The notes beneath the pieces were generated by a model, which ran no database searches, was not told where the DNA came from, and saw only the letters and a list, made by a program, of their open reading frames with translations. DNA of 64,000 nt from a virus (taxonomy: Duplodnaviria; Heunggongvirae; Uroviricota; Caudoviricetes): positions 18,891 to 82,890 of the IMG/VR virus record IMGVR_UViG_3300017989_002952. One strand, written 5' to 3'. Shown here in pieces: positions 1-9,693 of this stretch. The first letter of the stretch is position 1. Each line of letters begins with the position of its first letter. The position numbers and the translations under genes were made by a program.

Positions 1-945
1 GCCTATAGCACCTGGACAGAATGCTTGTTCAATCACAGCGCCTACCAATTCACGATCTGCCAACATGGGAAATTTTCCCTTCGGATGAAACGTGATTGTA
101 AATTCAAAGTAAAATGGAGCACGAATCAGTTCAAAGAATTGAAATCCAGCTACCAGACCAACTGGTTGTTGACCATCAATAACGATGTCGTCAGCGGTTA
201 TCAAATCAGTGAGAGTATAACCACTTCCTCTACCAGGTTTTCCCTTCATCGTTTTATACATCTTGACGTGATGTGGGTTCACCTTAACAAAATTCTTGAG
301 ATGTTTGATAGAAGGCCACCCTGTATGAGTATGACCTGGACCGTAAATTTTGAATTCCATAGGAAATGCATCATTTATGGTATCTCTAAATGCTGCAAAT
401 ATTGTATGTGCACCTACGATCGGGATTGGTTTTCCATTTTTGACCTGCTGGTGATCCCTATGAAAAACATTCAACGGAGCTTTGTACTCTGACTCCTCTT
501 CTTCCATTGTTTTTAGTACTTGCCTTGCAAGATTACAGTCGTCAAGGGTGACGGTTTTTCCCTTTGACTCAATGAGTATCTCTACTTCTTTTGCTGTAAT
601 CTTGTCTCGCAGTCCAATTACTCCCTTACTAGGCTTCTTGACTAACACTTTGATGTCATCTGCTCTTGATCCAGAATAATCTCCGAAGACACAAGCAAGA
701 CATTTAACTGCCCAAGGACGGTTCTCTTGGCAGTTAACGAATGGTACGGCTGGAATGATTTTCATCTTTTCCAACTTTTCCGTTGTCTTCTCAACATCAA
801 GCGTCGCCTTCTTAAGTTTCTTCTCCGCTTTGGTTGTAGCTTTGACAGTAGCCTTTAGACTCTTTTCGAGATCCTTTTGCTGCTTCTGTAAAGCTTTAAC
901 TTTAGCTTCCTCATCCTTTACCTTTTGACTCTTTTTCGGTGGCAT
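1..945 (-). CDS. hypothetical protein, partial (C-terminus beyond window start); Lys-rich coiled-coil-like N-terminus
   Basis: Reverse-strand ORF open from ATG at 945..943 to position 1, read by hand (MPPKKSQKVKDEEAKVKALQ...). AAGGAGGG RBS lies 8 nt upstream. It is absent from the ORF track because no stop falls in the window. Confidence 0.45.
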   Translation of the reverse strand, partial: MPPKKSQKVKDEEAKVKALQKQQKDLEKSLKATVKATTKAEKKLKKATLDVEKTTEKLEKMKIIPAVPFVNCQENRPWAVKCLACVFGDYSGSRADDIKVLVKKPSKGVIGLRDKITAKEVEILIESKGKTVTLDDCNLARQVLKTMEEEESEYKAPLNVFHRDHQQVKNGKPIPIVGAHTIFAAFRDTINDAFPMEFKIYGPGHTHTGWPSIKHLKNFVKVNPHHVKMYKTMKGKPGRGSGYTLTDLITADDIVIDGQQPVGLVAGFQFFELIRAPFYFEFTITFHPKGKFPMLADRELVGAVIEQAFCPGAIG

Positions 946-1389
946 ATGCACACCCTCCTTTATTTTATTTGTCGCACGCCTCTGGTGCCGACACTGTATA
1001 ACAAAAATATACGTCGGTGGTATGGCGGATGTGTTTAAACCACCGACGTCTTTCTATCGACCACTCCATTACCTGTGCAGGGCGGGTTGCCTAGTGTTGT
1101 GAGGAATTATATTCGTCCACCCTGACATTGACCCACCCCTATCTCCTTATCCAATGAATAAGCTCGAGTCGAAACCGGAACAAACCGAGTGGGGGAGAAA
1201 GCACAGGTAATGGAGTGGCCGACGGACTGCTCGACGGCGTTATCAATCGTTCTCAGCCAGAAAACGTTAACATGCCGGACGCCCTATTGTTGACGACTCG
1301 CGAAAGGAGTATATGTCACGAGGGCAGAGCATTTCTATCGACCACTAACATTATTCAAACAAAGAAATATATGGATTTTAAATTATAGT

Positions 1390-1467
1390 CAGCTGAGAGC
1401 GAGTGTACACAGGGCGCTCTTTCAAATTTAGAGTTGGCAACCGCCTTGGCACAAACTCGCTCTACTG
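1390..1467. repeat. copy 1 of duplicated ~77-nt structured element (cagctgagagcgag ... ctcgctctactg)
   Basis: Shares 5' cagctgagagcgag, internal ggcgct / gcaaccgcc / ggcaca blocks and 3' ctcgctctactg with the 1713..1787 copy. The termini form an 8-9 bp long-range stem (gagagcgag/ctcgctct). Confidence 0.5.
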
Positions 1468-1712
1468 TCTTCCAAAGGGACATACCACACACGCCCCATA
1501 TATACATATGTGGCACCCTATGGAAACATCCTGATGAGTGGCCGTACCAAGTCTACTCGACGGCAGAGGAAGGCGCTCCAAAGCCGGGCGCCCCAAATGC
1601 TGCAACAGTCACCTCTCGCGAAATGTCCGGCGCATGCGGGCGTAGTATCTTGATACGACCACTCATGATTTTTGGAACAATTAATAATATATGAAAACGT
1701 GTAACTTAAAAA

Positions 1713-1787
1713 CAGCTGAGAGCGAGCTACGCCAATGGCGCTAATATTAAGTATAAGCAACCGCCTAGGCACAGTCTCGCTCTACTG
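1713..1787. repeat. copy 2 of duplicated ~77-nt structured element
   Basis: Same conserved blocks as 1390..1467, with a variable interior. Confidence 0.5.
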
Positions 1788-1993
1788 GCGACCCACAAAG
1801 GCTATGCGAAATGGAACCCCGACTCCAAGACGCACCCTTTGATGAGCCACAAATCTTGGTGGATGAACTCAGATTTATTCCGAAAACAACCGACCAAGAA
1901 ATTGAGATCTAAGAAAGTGCCAGTCAGGAGGATCGACTCCTGACTAGCAGGGGTGTAAAGAATGCATACTGGCTAAACAATATGTCTTCTTAG

Positions 1994-2010
1994 TAAATAA
2001 TATATATAAA
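1994..2010 (+). promoter_or_regulatory. candidate promoter: TAAATAATATATATAAA motif ~95 nt upstream of the 2106 gene
   Basis: A recurrent AT-rich TAATATATA-type motif is found upstream of several operon starts in this window. Confidence 0.3.
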
Positions 2011-2105
2011 GGAGTAGTTTTTACCAAAAAACTTCCATTCTAATTCAGCACCATTTCCAGAACAAAATATAAAGTTCATAGTTTGTAAATTCACAAGGAG
2101 ATGTT

Positions 2106-2771
2106 GTGATGGAAGAAATAAAAGTCGTGGTAAACGATAAGTACACGGAGCATTGTCTCCACGATGCTGTGGTGAAACGACCGTCTGGTGATAGAAAACC
2201 AGAAGGGTATGTTGAGATATACGAGGTTAAGGACGGCGAAGATAAAAGACTTATAGGGAAGCAAAATCTTGTTGTTTATCAGGGAAGAGAATGGATTGCA
2301 GAGAGGATTTTCAATTCAAATAATACAAATACGCCAACCGGTGAGACTGAATTCATTAGTTGGTTGGGTCTTGGTGAAGGTGGTGCTCCAGTAGGAGATC
2401 CGCTAAATCCTACAGCACCCTCAAGTCTCGACACAGACTTAGATACCGAAGTACCAATCAACACAACTGGCGCCACTCTCGGAGATCTCAGAGGTGGTAA
2501 TTATTACAAGCACCCATTTGATTCAATAGAGTTTCAACAGGATGCTGCTAATTCAAATAAGTGGTTGATTGTAAAAGTTACAACAACAATTGGTACTAAC
2601 GATGCAAATGGCTCTGGAACCCAAAATTTGAATGAAGCTGGCTTATTTACAGCAGCCAGCGCTGCTGGAGGTTATTCTGGTAACTTCTTTATATTTAGCA
2701 GAGTTACGTTCCCTACAATTGTTAAAGATACTTCACGCCAATTGATGTTTATGTGGTATATTTATTTCTAA
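2106..2771 (+). CDS. hypothetical virion/tail-associated protein (221 aa)
   Basis: ORF with AAGGAG RBS. Probable start at ATG 2109 (GTG at 2106). First gene of the plus-strand tail module, immediately upstream of the sheath gene. Confidence 0.5.
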   Translation: MMEEIKVVVNDKYTEHCLHDAVVKRPSGDRKPEGYVEIYEVKDGEDKRLIGKQNLVVYQGREWIAERIFNSNNTNTPTGETEFISWLGLGEGGAPVGDPLNPTAPSSLDTDLDTEVPINTTGATLGDLRGGNYYKHPFDSIEFQQDAANSNKWLIVKVTTTIGTNDANGSGTQNLNEAGLFTAASAAGGYSGNFFIFSRVTFPTIVKDTSRQLMFMWYIYF

Positions 2772-2864
2772 TGATTCAAATAATTTATAGAGTTTAGAGA
2801 GTAAGGTAGTCGCTCGTAGAGTTATCGAAAATAGACAAAAAATTAATTCAGGAGGAATTTCATT

Positions 2865-4847
2865 ATGGCGACGCCTATTTCACCAGGTGTGTACACTAAG
2901 ATAATTGACCTTAGTACATACGTTCAAGCAGTGCCTGGAACAGTAGGAATGATTGCAAGCTTGACGGAAAAAGGTGAAGACAATGTTCTGAAGTTTTTCG
3001 GTTCAAGAAGTGAGTTTATCTCAGAATGTGGTGAACCAAATATCTCCACATATGGGAAAAATTATGGTCAGGGTCCTTATTGCGCATACAATTATCTAGG
3101 AGAATCTGGATCCTTGTATCACTGCCGACCAATGCCTGACGACGCTTCTTACGCCAACTTCAAATTGGATGTAAGTCTTGCACCGGCTGACGCAACTTCA
3201 AGCGTAGTTATCACCTACATTGACGAAACTAATGCTAACTCACAATCCGAGCTTATTACACAACTAGCTCAATCTGGTAACACCTATCCACTGTGTGTTC
3301 TCCGTCCAATCGGTAGAGGTCAGTACTACAATGGTCTTGGAATCCGCTTGACAGAGCACGCCAACCCACTATTCCTCGGAGTATACAATCTCGACATCTA
3401 TGAAAAACAATCAGATGACAGTGAAGTGATTATTGAATCTTTTGCTGTATCATTTGATCCAAGAGCATTTGACGATGCTGGTGACTCACTCTGGATCGCA
3501 AGTGTCCTTGAGAATTTCTCTGCTGTTTTGAGATGTGAGATGAATATTGATGATGAAACTTATACTTCAGGATATGATCAAATCATCAAAATATTTGATA
3601 ATGAAATTGGTTATGTAACAGTTGATCTAAATGCAGCATCTGCAACACTAACCGACACCAAACAAGACTTCTCTGAATGGGAAACAGCCGCAGCTACATA
3701 TGAATATTGTGTAGAAGCTGTTGACGCAAGAGGAAATAAATTGTATGGGTGGTTGGGTAACGCAGCTGGAACAGACAATGAAGAAATCGAAATTTATGAT
3801 GGAAGATTGGCTGGCGCTGCAAGAGGTTGGATCGGTGACACAACTGCATTTGACGACACAGGAGAAGTCACATACAATGTGAAGAAATCCTACACAAGTG
3901 TCGCTTCTGCATTTACATCAGCAGATCCAGTGCCATTAAGAAAAGGATCTGAAGGTTCTCTTCTTGATTCGTCTGGCGACCTTGACACAGCAGTTGCAAA
4001 ACAATTGTTGCAACAGGCATATCTCGGACAATTAACAAGTGCAATTGATGGTTCAACACTGGTTGAAGATATTCTCGATCTGGAGAATATTTACTTTACT
4101 ATCGTCTTTGATTGTGGTTATCCATCAGATGTAAAGACATCCATCAGCACCTTGGTCCAGACCAGACGTGATTGTGTTGCTATTATGGATAACGGAGACA
4201 ACTCCGATTATTCTACAGCGATCAACACAAGAACAAACACAAATACATTCAATACTTATTTTATTGCATTGTATGAATCTTATAACAAAGTCAGCGACAC
4301 ATGGACTGGACAAGATATTTGGGTGTCCCCTGTATTCCATATGTCATATCTTCTCCCAAGAAATGATAGTGTGGCTGAAATTTGGTGGGCAGCAGCAGGC
4401 TTTAATAGAGCAGCTATTGACACCATTAAGGAATTGCGCTACAATCCAAGAATTGGTCAAAGAGATAATATGTATCTCAAGCAATTGAACCCGATTGTGA
4501 AATTCAATCCTGGTTATACTGTTTGGGGACAGCTCACATCTCAAGCTAAAGCAAGTGCATTGCAGGATCTTAATATCGTTCGACTGGTTCTCTATATCAA
4601 GAGAGCTCTTGAGCAATACTGCAGATACTTCATCTTTGAGATGAATGACCAGATTACTTGGAATACCGTAGCAGGAGATATTCTAGACTTCCTCGAAGAC
4701 ATCAAGAAAAAGAGAGGTCTCTACTCCTACTCAGTAGAAGTCGGAGCCACATCTTATGAAATAAAGAGGAAAACATTCCATGTGAATGTAACTCTAGAAC
4801 CGACAAGAGTTGTAGAAAAGATCGAACTCAATTTCTACATTAAATAA
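2865..4847 (+). CDS. tail sheath protein (contractile tail)
   Basis: 660 aa, typical sheath size. The N-terminus MATPISPGVYTKIIDLS matches the conserved sheath N-terminal xSPGVYxxxxDxS motif. GGAGG RBS. Same module as a GpW/gp25-like wedge gene. Confidence 0.55.
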   Translation: MATPISPGVYTKIIDLSTYVQAVPGTVGMIASLTEKGEDNVLKFFGSRSEFISECGEPNISTYGKNYGQGPYCAYNYLGESGSLYHCRPMPDDASYANFKLDVSLAPADATSSVVITYIDETNANSQSELITQLAQSGNTYPLCVLRPIGRGQYYNGLGIRLTEHANPLFLGVYNLDIYEKQSDDSEVIIESFAVSFDPRAFDDAGDSLWIASVLENFSAVLRCEMNIDDETYTSGYDQIIKIFDNEIGYVTVDLNAASATLTDTKQDFSEWETAAATYEYCVEAVDARGNKLYGWLGNAAGTDNEEIEIYDGRLAGAARGWIGDTTAFDDTGEVTYNVKKSYTSVASAFTSADPVPLRKGSEGSLLDSSGDLDTAVAKQLLQQAYLGQLTSAIDGSTLVEDILDLENIYFTIVFDCGYPSDVKTSISTLVQTRRDCVAIMDNGDNSDYSTAINTRTNTNTFNTYFIALYESYNKVSDTWTGQDIWVSPVFHMSYLLPRNDSVAEIWWAAAGFNRAAIDTIKELRYNPRIGQRDNMYLKQLNPIVKFNPGYTVWGQLTSQAKASALQDLNIVRLVLYIKRALEQYCRYFIFEMNDQITWNTVAGDILDFLEDIKKKRGLYSYSVEVGATSYEIKRKTFHVNVTLEPTRVVEKIELNFYIK

Positions 4848-4876
4848 TAATTGTTGGAACACCTCCCTTTCTTCCA

Positions 4877-4918
4877 ACAAAAAATAGACGGGGTAGTAGG
4901 CCACTACCTCGTCTATTT
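4877..4918. terminator. bidirectional intrinsic terminator between convergent genes
   Basis: 13-bp stem tagacggggtagt / actacctcgtcta (1 mismatch) with loop aggcc, flanked by an A-run 5' and TTT 3'. Confidence 0.5.
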
Positions 4919-4932
4919 ACCGTCGTGTTATA

Positions 4933-5316
4933 TTATGAGAAGCTAAAAGGTGGATAGTATTCTCTACCCTTCTTTATCTCTGGTTTAGGTAAATCTTTAA
5001 CTTTTTTGACATTTCCCCCACTCATTTTTTGATCACATTGAAGGTTGGTAAAGGTAAACATTTCACTCAACTCTTCAAAAGACAACTTATTGTGTTCATA
5101 ATGCCATAGTACTTGTTCTAGGATCATACCCACATTAATAGGTGGGTCTTCATCTTCTGGTTTTGGTCTAGCTATCAACCACGTCTCACCGTTAATAGTA
5201 ACCACCGCATCATCTTCAAAAGTTCTTGAAGACATTAAACTGATAACTACCTCACCATTATTAACCACCGCAACGACCCCACCTTCAGTAACTTTGTATT
5301 TAATGTCGATGTCCAT
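4933..5316 (-). CDS. hypothetical protein (127 aa)
   Basis: Clean ORF with a GGAGGG RBS. Confidence 0.45.
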   Translation of the reverse strand: MDIDIKYKVTEGGVVAVVNNGEVVISLMSSRTFEDDAVVTINGETWLIARPKPEDEDPPINVGMILEQVLWHYEHNKLSFEELSEMFTFTNLQCDQKMSGGNVKKVKDLPKPEIKKGREYYPPFSFS

Positions 5317-5400
5317 TTTATACCCTCCTAAAGAATATAATAAATTATCTTCTTAGTTATTAATATATATAGAAATGGAGATTTTGCGGACAACAAAAAT

Positions 5401-5520
5401 TGGTAGAGAGCGTGGTAATTCAAACCACATCATACCCCACAAATGTCGCGCTCATTAGTGGAGGCAGGTATGACCCGAAGCTGGACTCTCTACCACGAAG
5501 TTGGAAGGGTTCGAACCTCC
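5401..5520. other. GC-elevated intergenic structured element: 10-bp perfect long-range stem (tggtagagag 5401-5410 / ctctctacca 5486-5495) followed by a T-arm-like palindrome GGTTCGAACC
   Basis: Seen directly in sequence. GC is locally higher than the flanks and there is no credible ORF. Confidence 0.4.
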
Positions 5521-5655
5521 GCAAACTGACCCCTGCTTTCTAGCCTCAAAAGCATGTCGACGTGGGTAATCAGACGCCGGGCAGTTGTCCATTTTTGAAC
5601 AGTGCCTCACCTGGCTCTCCGCAAAAGACAATTCACTATGTGCAAATCATCTTTC

Positions 5656-5675
5656 AAAAAATAATATATAGTTTG
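5656..5675 (+). promoter_or_regulatory. candidate promoter motif AAAAATAATATATAGTTTG upstream of the 5764 gene
   Basis: Same TAATATATA-type motif, ~90 nt upstream of the start. Confidence 0.3.
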
Positions 5676-5763
5676 AAACGCCTTTCCAATATCGCTTTAC
5701 ATATAGAACATAATATAAATTCGGAGAAGTATGAATAACTAAACTCATGAAAGGAGAGAAATC

Positions 5764-5958
5764 ATGATACCAGAATATGGTTCAATGTTAGAAGCACTGA
5801 AGGAATCGTTCGAAGCTTTTGAGACAGCAGCTGAAGGCGGGAAAGAAGGACGAGGTAGTAAAACTCGTGCTTTGGAAGCCAGAAAACTCAGTATGCAGAT
5901 CACAAATCAACTCAAAGATTTTCGAGCTCTTTCAATCGCTAACGACAAAGCAAAATAA
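5764..5958 (+). CDS. small basic hypothetical protein (64 aa)
   Basis: AAAGGAGAG RBS 6 nt upstream. Followed by a strong hairpin. Confidence 0.45.
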   Translation: MIPEYGSMLEALKESFEAFETAAEGGKEGRGSKTRALEARKLSMQITNQLKDFRALSIANDKAK

Positions 5959-6009
5959 CAAAAAAGAGGGTCCCTTAAGCTAATAACAGCCGGTCCTCCC
6001 TCGACCGAG

Positions 6010-6048
6010 TCCCACCCAGATATTCGGGGTCTGGGTGGGACATTTTCC
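6010..6048. terminator. bidirectional intrinsic terminator
   Basis: 11-bp stem tcccacccaga / tctgggtggga with a 9-nt loop, followed by a cattttcc T-tract. It sits between the convergent 5764..5958 (+) and 6055..7077 (-) genes. Confidence 0.55.
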
Positions 6049-6054
6049 GTTGTA

Positions 6055-7077
6055 CTATGTTGAGATAATGATCGTACCATCCTTTTCCGCTCTGAGCGAA
6101 CTTCCCCTTGGAAGGTGTTTCATAACCTCGAGAACTTCTTGTATTCGACCGTTACCCGGCATTGTCGAGACAAGTTTTTTCACTTCAACTTGACCGGCAA
6201 GGCACTCAATAACTTTCTTAATATGGGAACCAATAGTCTCAACCCCACCGTCCGACATGGAGTCAAGGTTAGTGATTTCCATATTTAAATGTTGTTTACA
6301 GAACTGGTCCAATTCCATAGCGATTTCTATCAAGATTTTTTCTGCCGTTACAGTGTCAGGATGTCTTCCTGTGGAAACATCTTTCTTTTTGGTAGCTTTC
6401 TTTTTGTTCCTAACTAATTCATTGGTTTTGTCTCGAACAGTGGCACCCAGTTGAATCGGGTCTGTATTGTTGAAGATACCATCACGAAATTTCAGCTCGA
6501 CTGTCTTGTCGAGTTGTTTGGTTTGCGCATTACCAAGCAACTCAAGAACTTTGAAGACAGTTCTACATTTAGTTGTGGTTGATGCCAACTTGAGATCAAG
6601 CCCATGCTTCTTTCCAAGACCAACAACCGCCTTTGCAAGTATGGGCGGCGTCATTGGAGCTCTTTCACCTCTTGGAATTTCAACACCCTCATCTTTCAAA
6701 ATTTGGGTTATTCCAGCATTTTGAAAGTTGGCGGCAACTGATATGATAGACGCTTCCATATCTACCCGTTCTTTTGTCCTGTTCTTAGGCGTATACATCG
6801 TAAAAAGATTTTCCATTTTTTCAAGTCTCCTTCCTTCAACTTCTGCGATTTCGTCCTTTGTGTAAACTTTTACTAGTCCATGGAATTCAGATTCAGGTTT
6901 GTGACTTCGAAATTTTATACACGGTGGAGTTTTTTGTTTTTTCTGCTCCATAATGATTTTTCTTCGAAGACATTTCGCTTCCTCTGTTTTTTCATCATCT
7001 TCTAATTTTCGTAGATGTTCAGCGACAGGAACGCCATTGATTGTAATCCCCGCCCATCTTCCTTCATCTTCATTCAT
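6055..7077 (-). CDS. hypothetical protein (340 aa), Lys-rich, possibly nucleic-acid binding
   Basis: Long clean ORF with no recognisable catalytic motif. Confidence 0.45.
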   Translation of the reverse strand: MNEDEGRWAGITINGVPVAEHLRKLEDDEKTEEAKCLRRKIIMEQKKQKTPPCIKFRSHKPESEFHGLVKVYTKDEIAEVEGRRLEKMENLFTMYTPKNRTKERVDMEASIISVAANFQNAGITQILKDEGVEIPRGERAPMTPPILAKAVVGLGKKHGLDLKLASTTTKCRTVFKVLELLGNAQTKQLDKTVELKFRDGIFNNTDPIQLGATVRDKTNELVRNKKKATKKKDVSTGRHPDTVTAEKILIEIAMELDQFCKQHLNMEITNLDSMSDGGVETIGSHIKKVIECLAGQVEVKKLVSTMPGNGRIQEVLEVMKHLPRGSSLRAEKDGTIIIST

Positions 7078-7092
7078 GCATTCTTCTACCCC

Positions 7093-7464
7093 CTATTCCC
7101 ATTCGACGGGATCATCTTCTACTACTTCAAATTTTACGACTTCAAGACCAACGGGTCCAAGATCATAATAAAACCGCATACCTTTCAAGAAACTGTCGAT
7201 TAGAAGCCACCTTATATATTCAGGGATATCTCGCTGGTCGTTGAACATACTGGTCCATTCCTCAATTTGAAAGAAACGTGAACCAGTTTTCTTGATATTT
7301 GAAGCATCCCAGAATCTAAGATCGGGAAACTCAGAGCGACGTCGCTCTAAGAACTCATTAAAAAGAGTTTTGAACTCCTCCACTGTTAAATCCTCGCTTG
7401 ACTTGATTGAAAGAATAAAACTAGCAGAGGAACTATTCGTAACTTCGGATACTCGGAATTTCAT
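7093..7464 (-). CDS. member 1 of MKF[RK]xSEVTNSSSTSF N-terminal-tag family
   Basis: Starts MKFRVSEVTNSSSASF (ATG at 7464, GGAG RBS). The longer ORF to 7494 is probably read-through from an upstream Met. Overlaps the 3' end of the upstream radical-SAM gene. Confidence 0.55.
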   Translation of the reverse strand: MKFRVSEVTNSSSASFILSIKSSEDLTVEEFKTLFNEFLERRRSEFPDLRFWDASNIKKTGSRFFQIEEWTSMFNDQRDIPEYIRWLLIDSFLKGMRFYYDLGPVGLEVVKFEVVEDDPVEWE

Positions 7465-8578
7465 CGTGTTTTTGGATCTCCCCGAGCACCTCAAGCGGGC
7501 AACAATAGTTATTTTCTCTCAATATTTTTCTGAATAAATTAAAAGGTTCACTATTCGCCCACACGTCTTTCATTGTCCGTCTTAAGTGCTTACCTGGTTT
7601 AAGAGTTATACCATGGTTGACATGGTCGCCTATTGAACACGGAACTAATCTGAGGTCAGGAGTGATGTAACAAGATTTTCTACCTGCGCAACAGAAATCA
7701 AAAGTAATTTTCTCAAATGAACTCAGTTCGCCGTATTGTGTGATGACGTGCTTACCAAGACATGGGTCCATACCTGCTACAAATTTTCTGAGATCTTGGT
7801 GTTTCATGGCTTCAGCAAATATTTTAAATTCGTTGTTATTAAGCCTCCAAAGCTTCTCAGGTTTGTTTCTACCGCACCCCTGTGGTTTATACAACAGGAA
7901 CGTGACCCCAAACAACTTGTCTAAATCAATCTTACCATCCCAAACGTCTTTTCCGTGTAGCATATCAACAGCTTTAGGAAAAGAAAGTTTGTCCAAGACT
8001 AGTTGTATGCTGGTTTTAACATTCGCCTTCATAAGTCTGTTCAGTGCTGAGTAGGTTTCTGGTTGACCATAATCACTAACCGCAACACTTGGGCAGTATT
8101 TTTTGGCGGTAGTTATCTGTTCATCTGTTAAACGAAATCCGCTCGTTGTAAATGTAGGTGCAATGTTATTCTTTCGACAGAAAGCAACCATTCTTTCAAA
8201 ATCAGGATGGTCATTTGGATCGCCTCTTCCGCCAAGAGCACATTGTGTGATATATGGAGCAGATTGTTTAATGACTACTTTAAAATCGTCAAAAGACATA
8301 TGAGGTTCTTTTTTCCGACCCTGATAACAGTTCTCGCAGCCATTTTGACAGTGTCCCATGACACCAATATCTAACAGAGAAGGAAATTCAAGACCAAAAG
8401 GCTCGGTATGATCTCCTAAACCCTCAAGAATCTCATGTCCATTCATAGCGTTAAACAAAATAACATATGTTTCCTTTGAATTCACTATCACTTTTGTCCA
8501 CAGTTGCCGTGAAAGCGAGTGTTGTTCTTCTGTCCACGAACTCTTGTTGATGTTTAGCGGAATTTTTTTAATCTTCAT
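7433..8578 (-). CDS. radical SAM enzyme with Cys-rich C-terminal (SPASM/twitch-like) region
   Basis: CX3CX2C = HCQNGCENCY; GGRGDP resembles the GGE SAM-binding motif; C-terminal CCAGRKSC...VPC cysteine cluster. Confidence 0.65.
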   Translation of the reverse strand: MKIKKIPLNINKSSWTEEQHSLSRQLWTKVIVNSKETYVILFNAMNGHEILEGLGDHTEPFGLEFPSLLDIGVMGHCQNGCENCYQGRKKEPHMSFDDFKVVIKQSAPYITQCALGGRGDPNDHPDFERMVAFCRKNNIAPTFTTSGFRLTDEQITTAKKYCPSVAVSDYGQPETYSALNRLMKANVKTSIQLVLDKLSFPKAVDMLHGKDVWDGKIDLDKLFGVTFLLYKPQGCGRNKPEKLWRLNNNEFKIFAEAMKHQDLRKFVAGMDPCLGKHVITQYGELSSFEKITFDFCCAGRKSCYITPDLRLVPCSIGDHVNHGITLKPGKHLRRTMKDVWANSEPFNLFRKILRENNYCCPLEVLGEIQKHDEIPSIRSYE

Positions 8579-8590
8579 AAACCACCCTTT

Positions 8591-9163
8591 CTATTTATTA
8601 CACCATTCCCATGAATGACATAGAATTTGATCTCCATTGTCTAGGTGCAGACAAACATCAATAAGATGACTACTTCCATCATGAGCCATCATACCAAATG
8701 TATATCCGTTGCCCAACATAGACAAATCAATTTTGTCTGGTCGGAGTGGACTAGGTAAATATTCCTTATCATCATTGAACATTTTGTACCACTCCCGAAC
8801 CGCATTGCTATTTGTCCATATTCTGCGAGTTATACCAGTCTCATCGTTTACAACATGGTCCGGTAAATATGGTTTAAAAGATCTTACCATAATAACAATA
8901 GGCACGAGCGACCAGAACCGGAGTCTAGAGTATGGACATTCATATCTGCAATTTTCTTCAATTTGTTGCGTATTTTCAATACCCGCAGCTCTAAGAGCAC
9001 GCCATCCATTAGATTCAAAATGTGAAATCGAAAACAACTTGCTCTTTTCAAACAAGTTTCTGTCAAATGGAGCCAACCATTTTGAAACTCCATACACATC
9101 TATATCCGCACAACTAGGAACATAATGTTTCTTAGGGATTATGATTTTCATTTTTATCTCCAA
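8591..9163 (-). CDS. hypothetical protein (190 aa)
   Basis: ORF immediately upstream of the radical SAM gene in the same operon. Confidence 0.4.
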   Translation of the reverse strand: MEIKMKIIIPKKHYVPSCADIDVYGVSKWLAPFDRNLFEKSKLFSISHFESNGWRALRAAGIENTQQIEENCRYECPYSRLRFWSLVPIVIMVRSFKPYLPDHVVNDETGITRRIWTNSNAVREWYKMFNDDKEYLPSPLRPDKIDLSMLGNGYTFGMMAHDGSSHLIDVCLHLDNGDQILCHSWEWCNK

Positions 9164-9581
9164 AAAGAGGAATGAGTTTACCAGGCTCCTTCTTTACTCT
9201 TTCTTCTGGCTCTGCTGTGATTATGTCCATGAACGGAGCCACCCACATTGATCTACCGCCCATTGTAAATGTTTCCAACCCACATGCTTGTTCTTGTCTG
9301 AGTTGCCACTTAACTCGCTGAGGTCCTTCTGGTGACTCAGGAAAAACAACTGTGTAAATCCACCAATCTTTTTTCTGGTCTGGTTCGATCGCCACAACCC
9401 TGGCATGTTGAATAGCTGCAACAGTTCTCTTATCACCAGTCGCAGGATCCTCCATTTCCGTTTCTCTCATCACGAATAAAAAACTTCCTACGTTTGTCAT
9501 TGTGTCAAAAATAAACGTCGTCTTTAACTTCTTAATATAAATCTCCAGATCTAACATAGAAACAGCCTCCTTTTCATACAA
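9132..9581 (-). CDS. hypothetical protein (149 aa)
   Basis: ORF with GGAGG RBS. First gene of a minus-strand operon, divergent from the 9694 gene. Confidence 0.4.
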   Translation of the reverse strand: MYEKEAVSMLDLEIYIKKLKTTFIFDTMTNVGSFLFVMRETEMEDPATGDKRTVAAIQHARVVAIEPDQKKDWWIYTVVFPESPEGPQRVKWQLRQEQACGLETFTMGGRSMWVAPFMDIITAEPEERVKKEPGKLIPLFGDKNENHNP

Positions 9582-9693
9582 ACAGTCCTTCTAATGAGTA
9601 ATATATATAAGTATTTTGTTCATTCAAAACTAATCCGTCCTGTTCATATACTTAGAACAAATTATAAAGTTTACTAGTGCGGAGTTCAAACTA

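Noticed and set aside
1525-1640. Possible hammerhead ribozyme: CUGAUGAG at 1532-1539 with GCGAAA at 1619, and a second UUGAUGAG at 1841.
   Set aside because: Stem II cannot be formed next to CUGAUGAG, the GAAA lies ~80 nt away, and the second site has U in place of the conserved C. These are probably chance matches in a GC-rich stretch.
1434-1772. ORF-track entries 1434..1694 (+) and 1518..1772 (-) inside the non-coding region.
   Set aside because: They overlap each other antisense, have no RBS, and are GC-rich read-through of a structured non-coding region. Treated as spurious.
1390-1787. CRISPR-like array suggested by two ~77-nt direct repeats.
   Set aside because: There are only two copies, they are 246 nt apart, each is internally structured with a variable core, and there is no short repeat-spacer periodicity. 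This is not a CRISPR.
5440-5545. tRNA gene suggested by the GGTTCGAACC T-loop-like palindrome (also at 27837-27846).
   Set aside because: I could not build a 7-bp acceptor stem, D-arm and anticodon arm around either site on either strand. It is reported instead as a structured element needing tRNAscan/Infernal.
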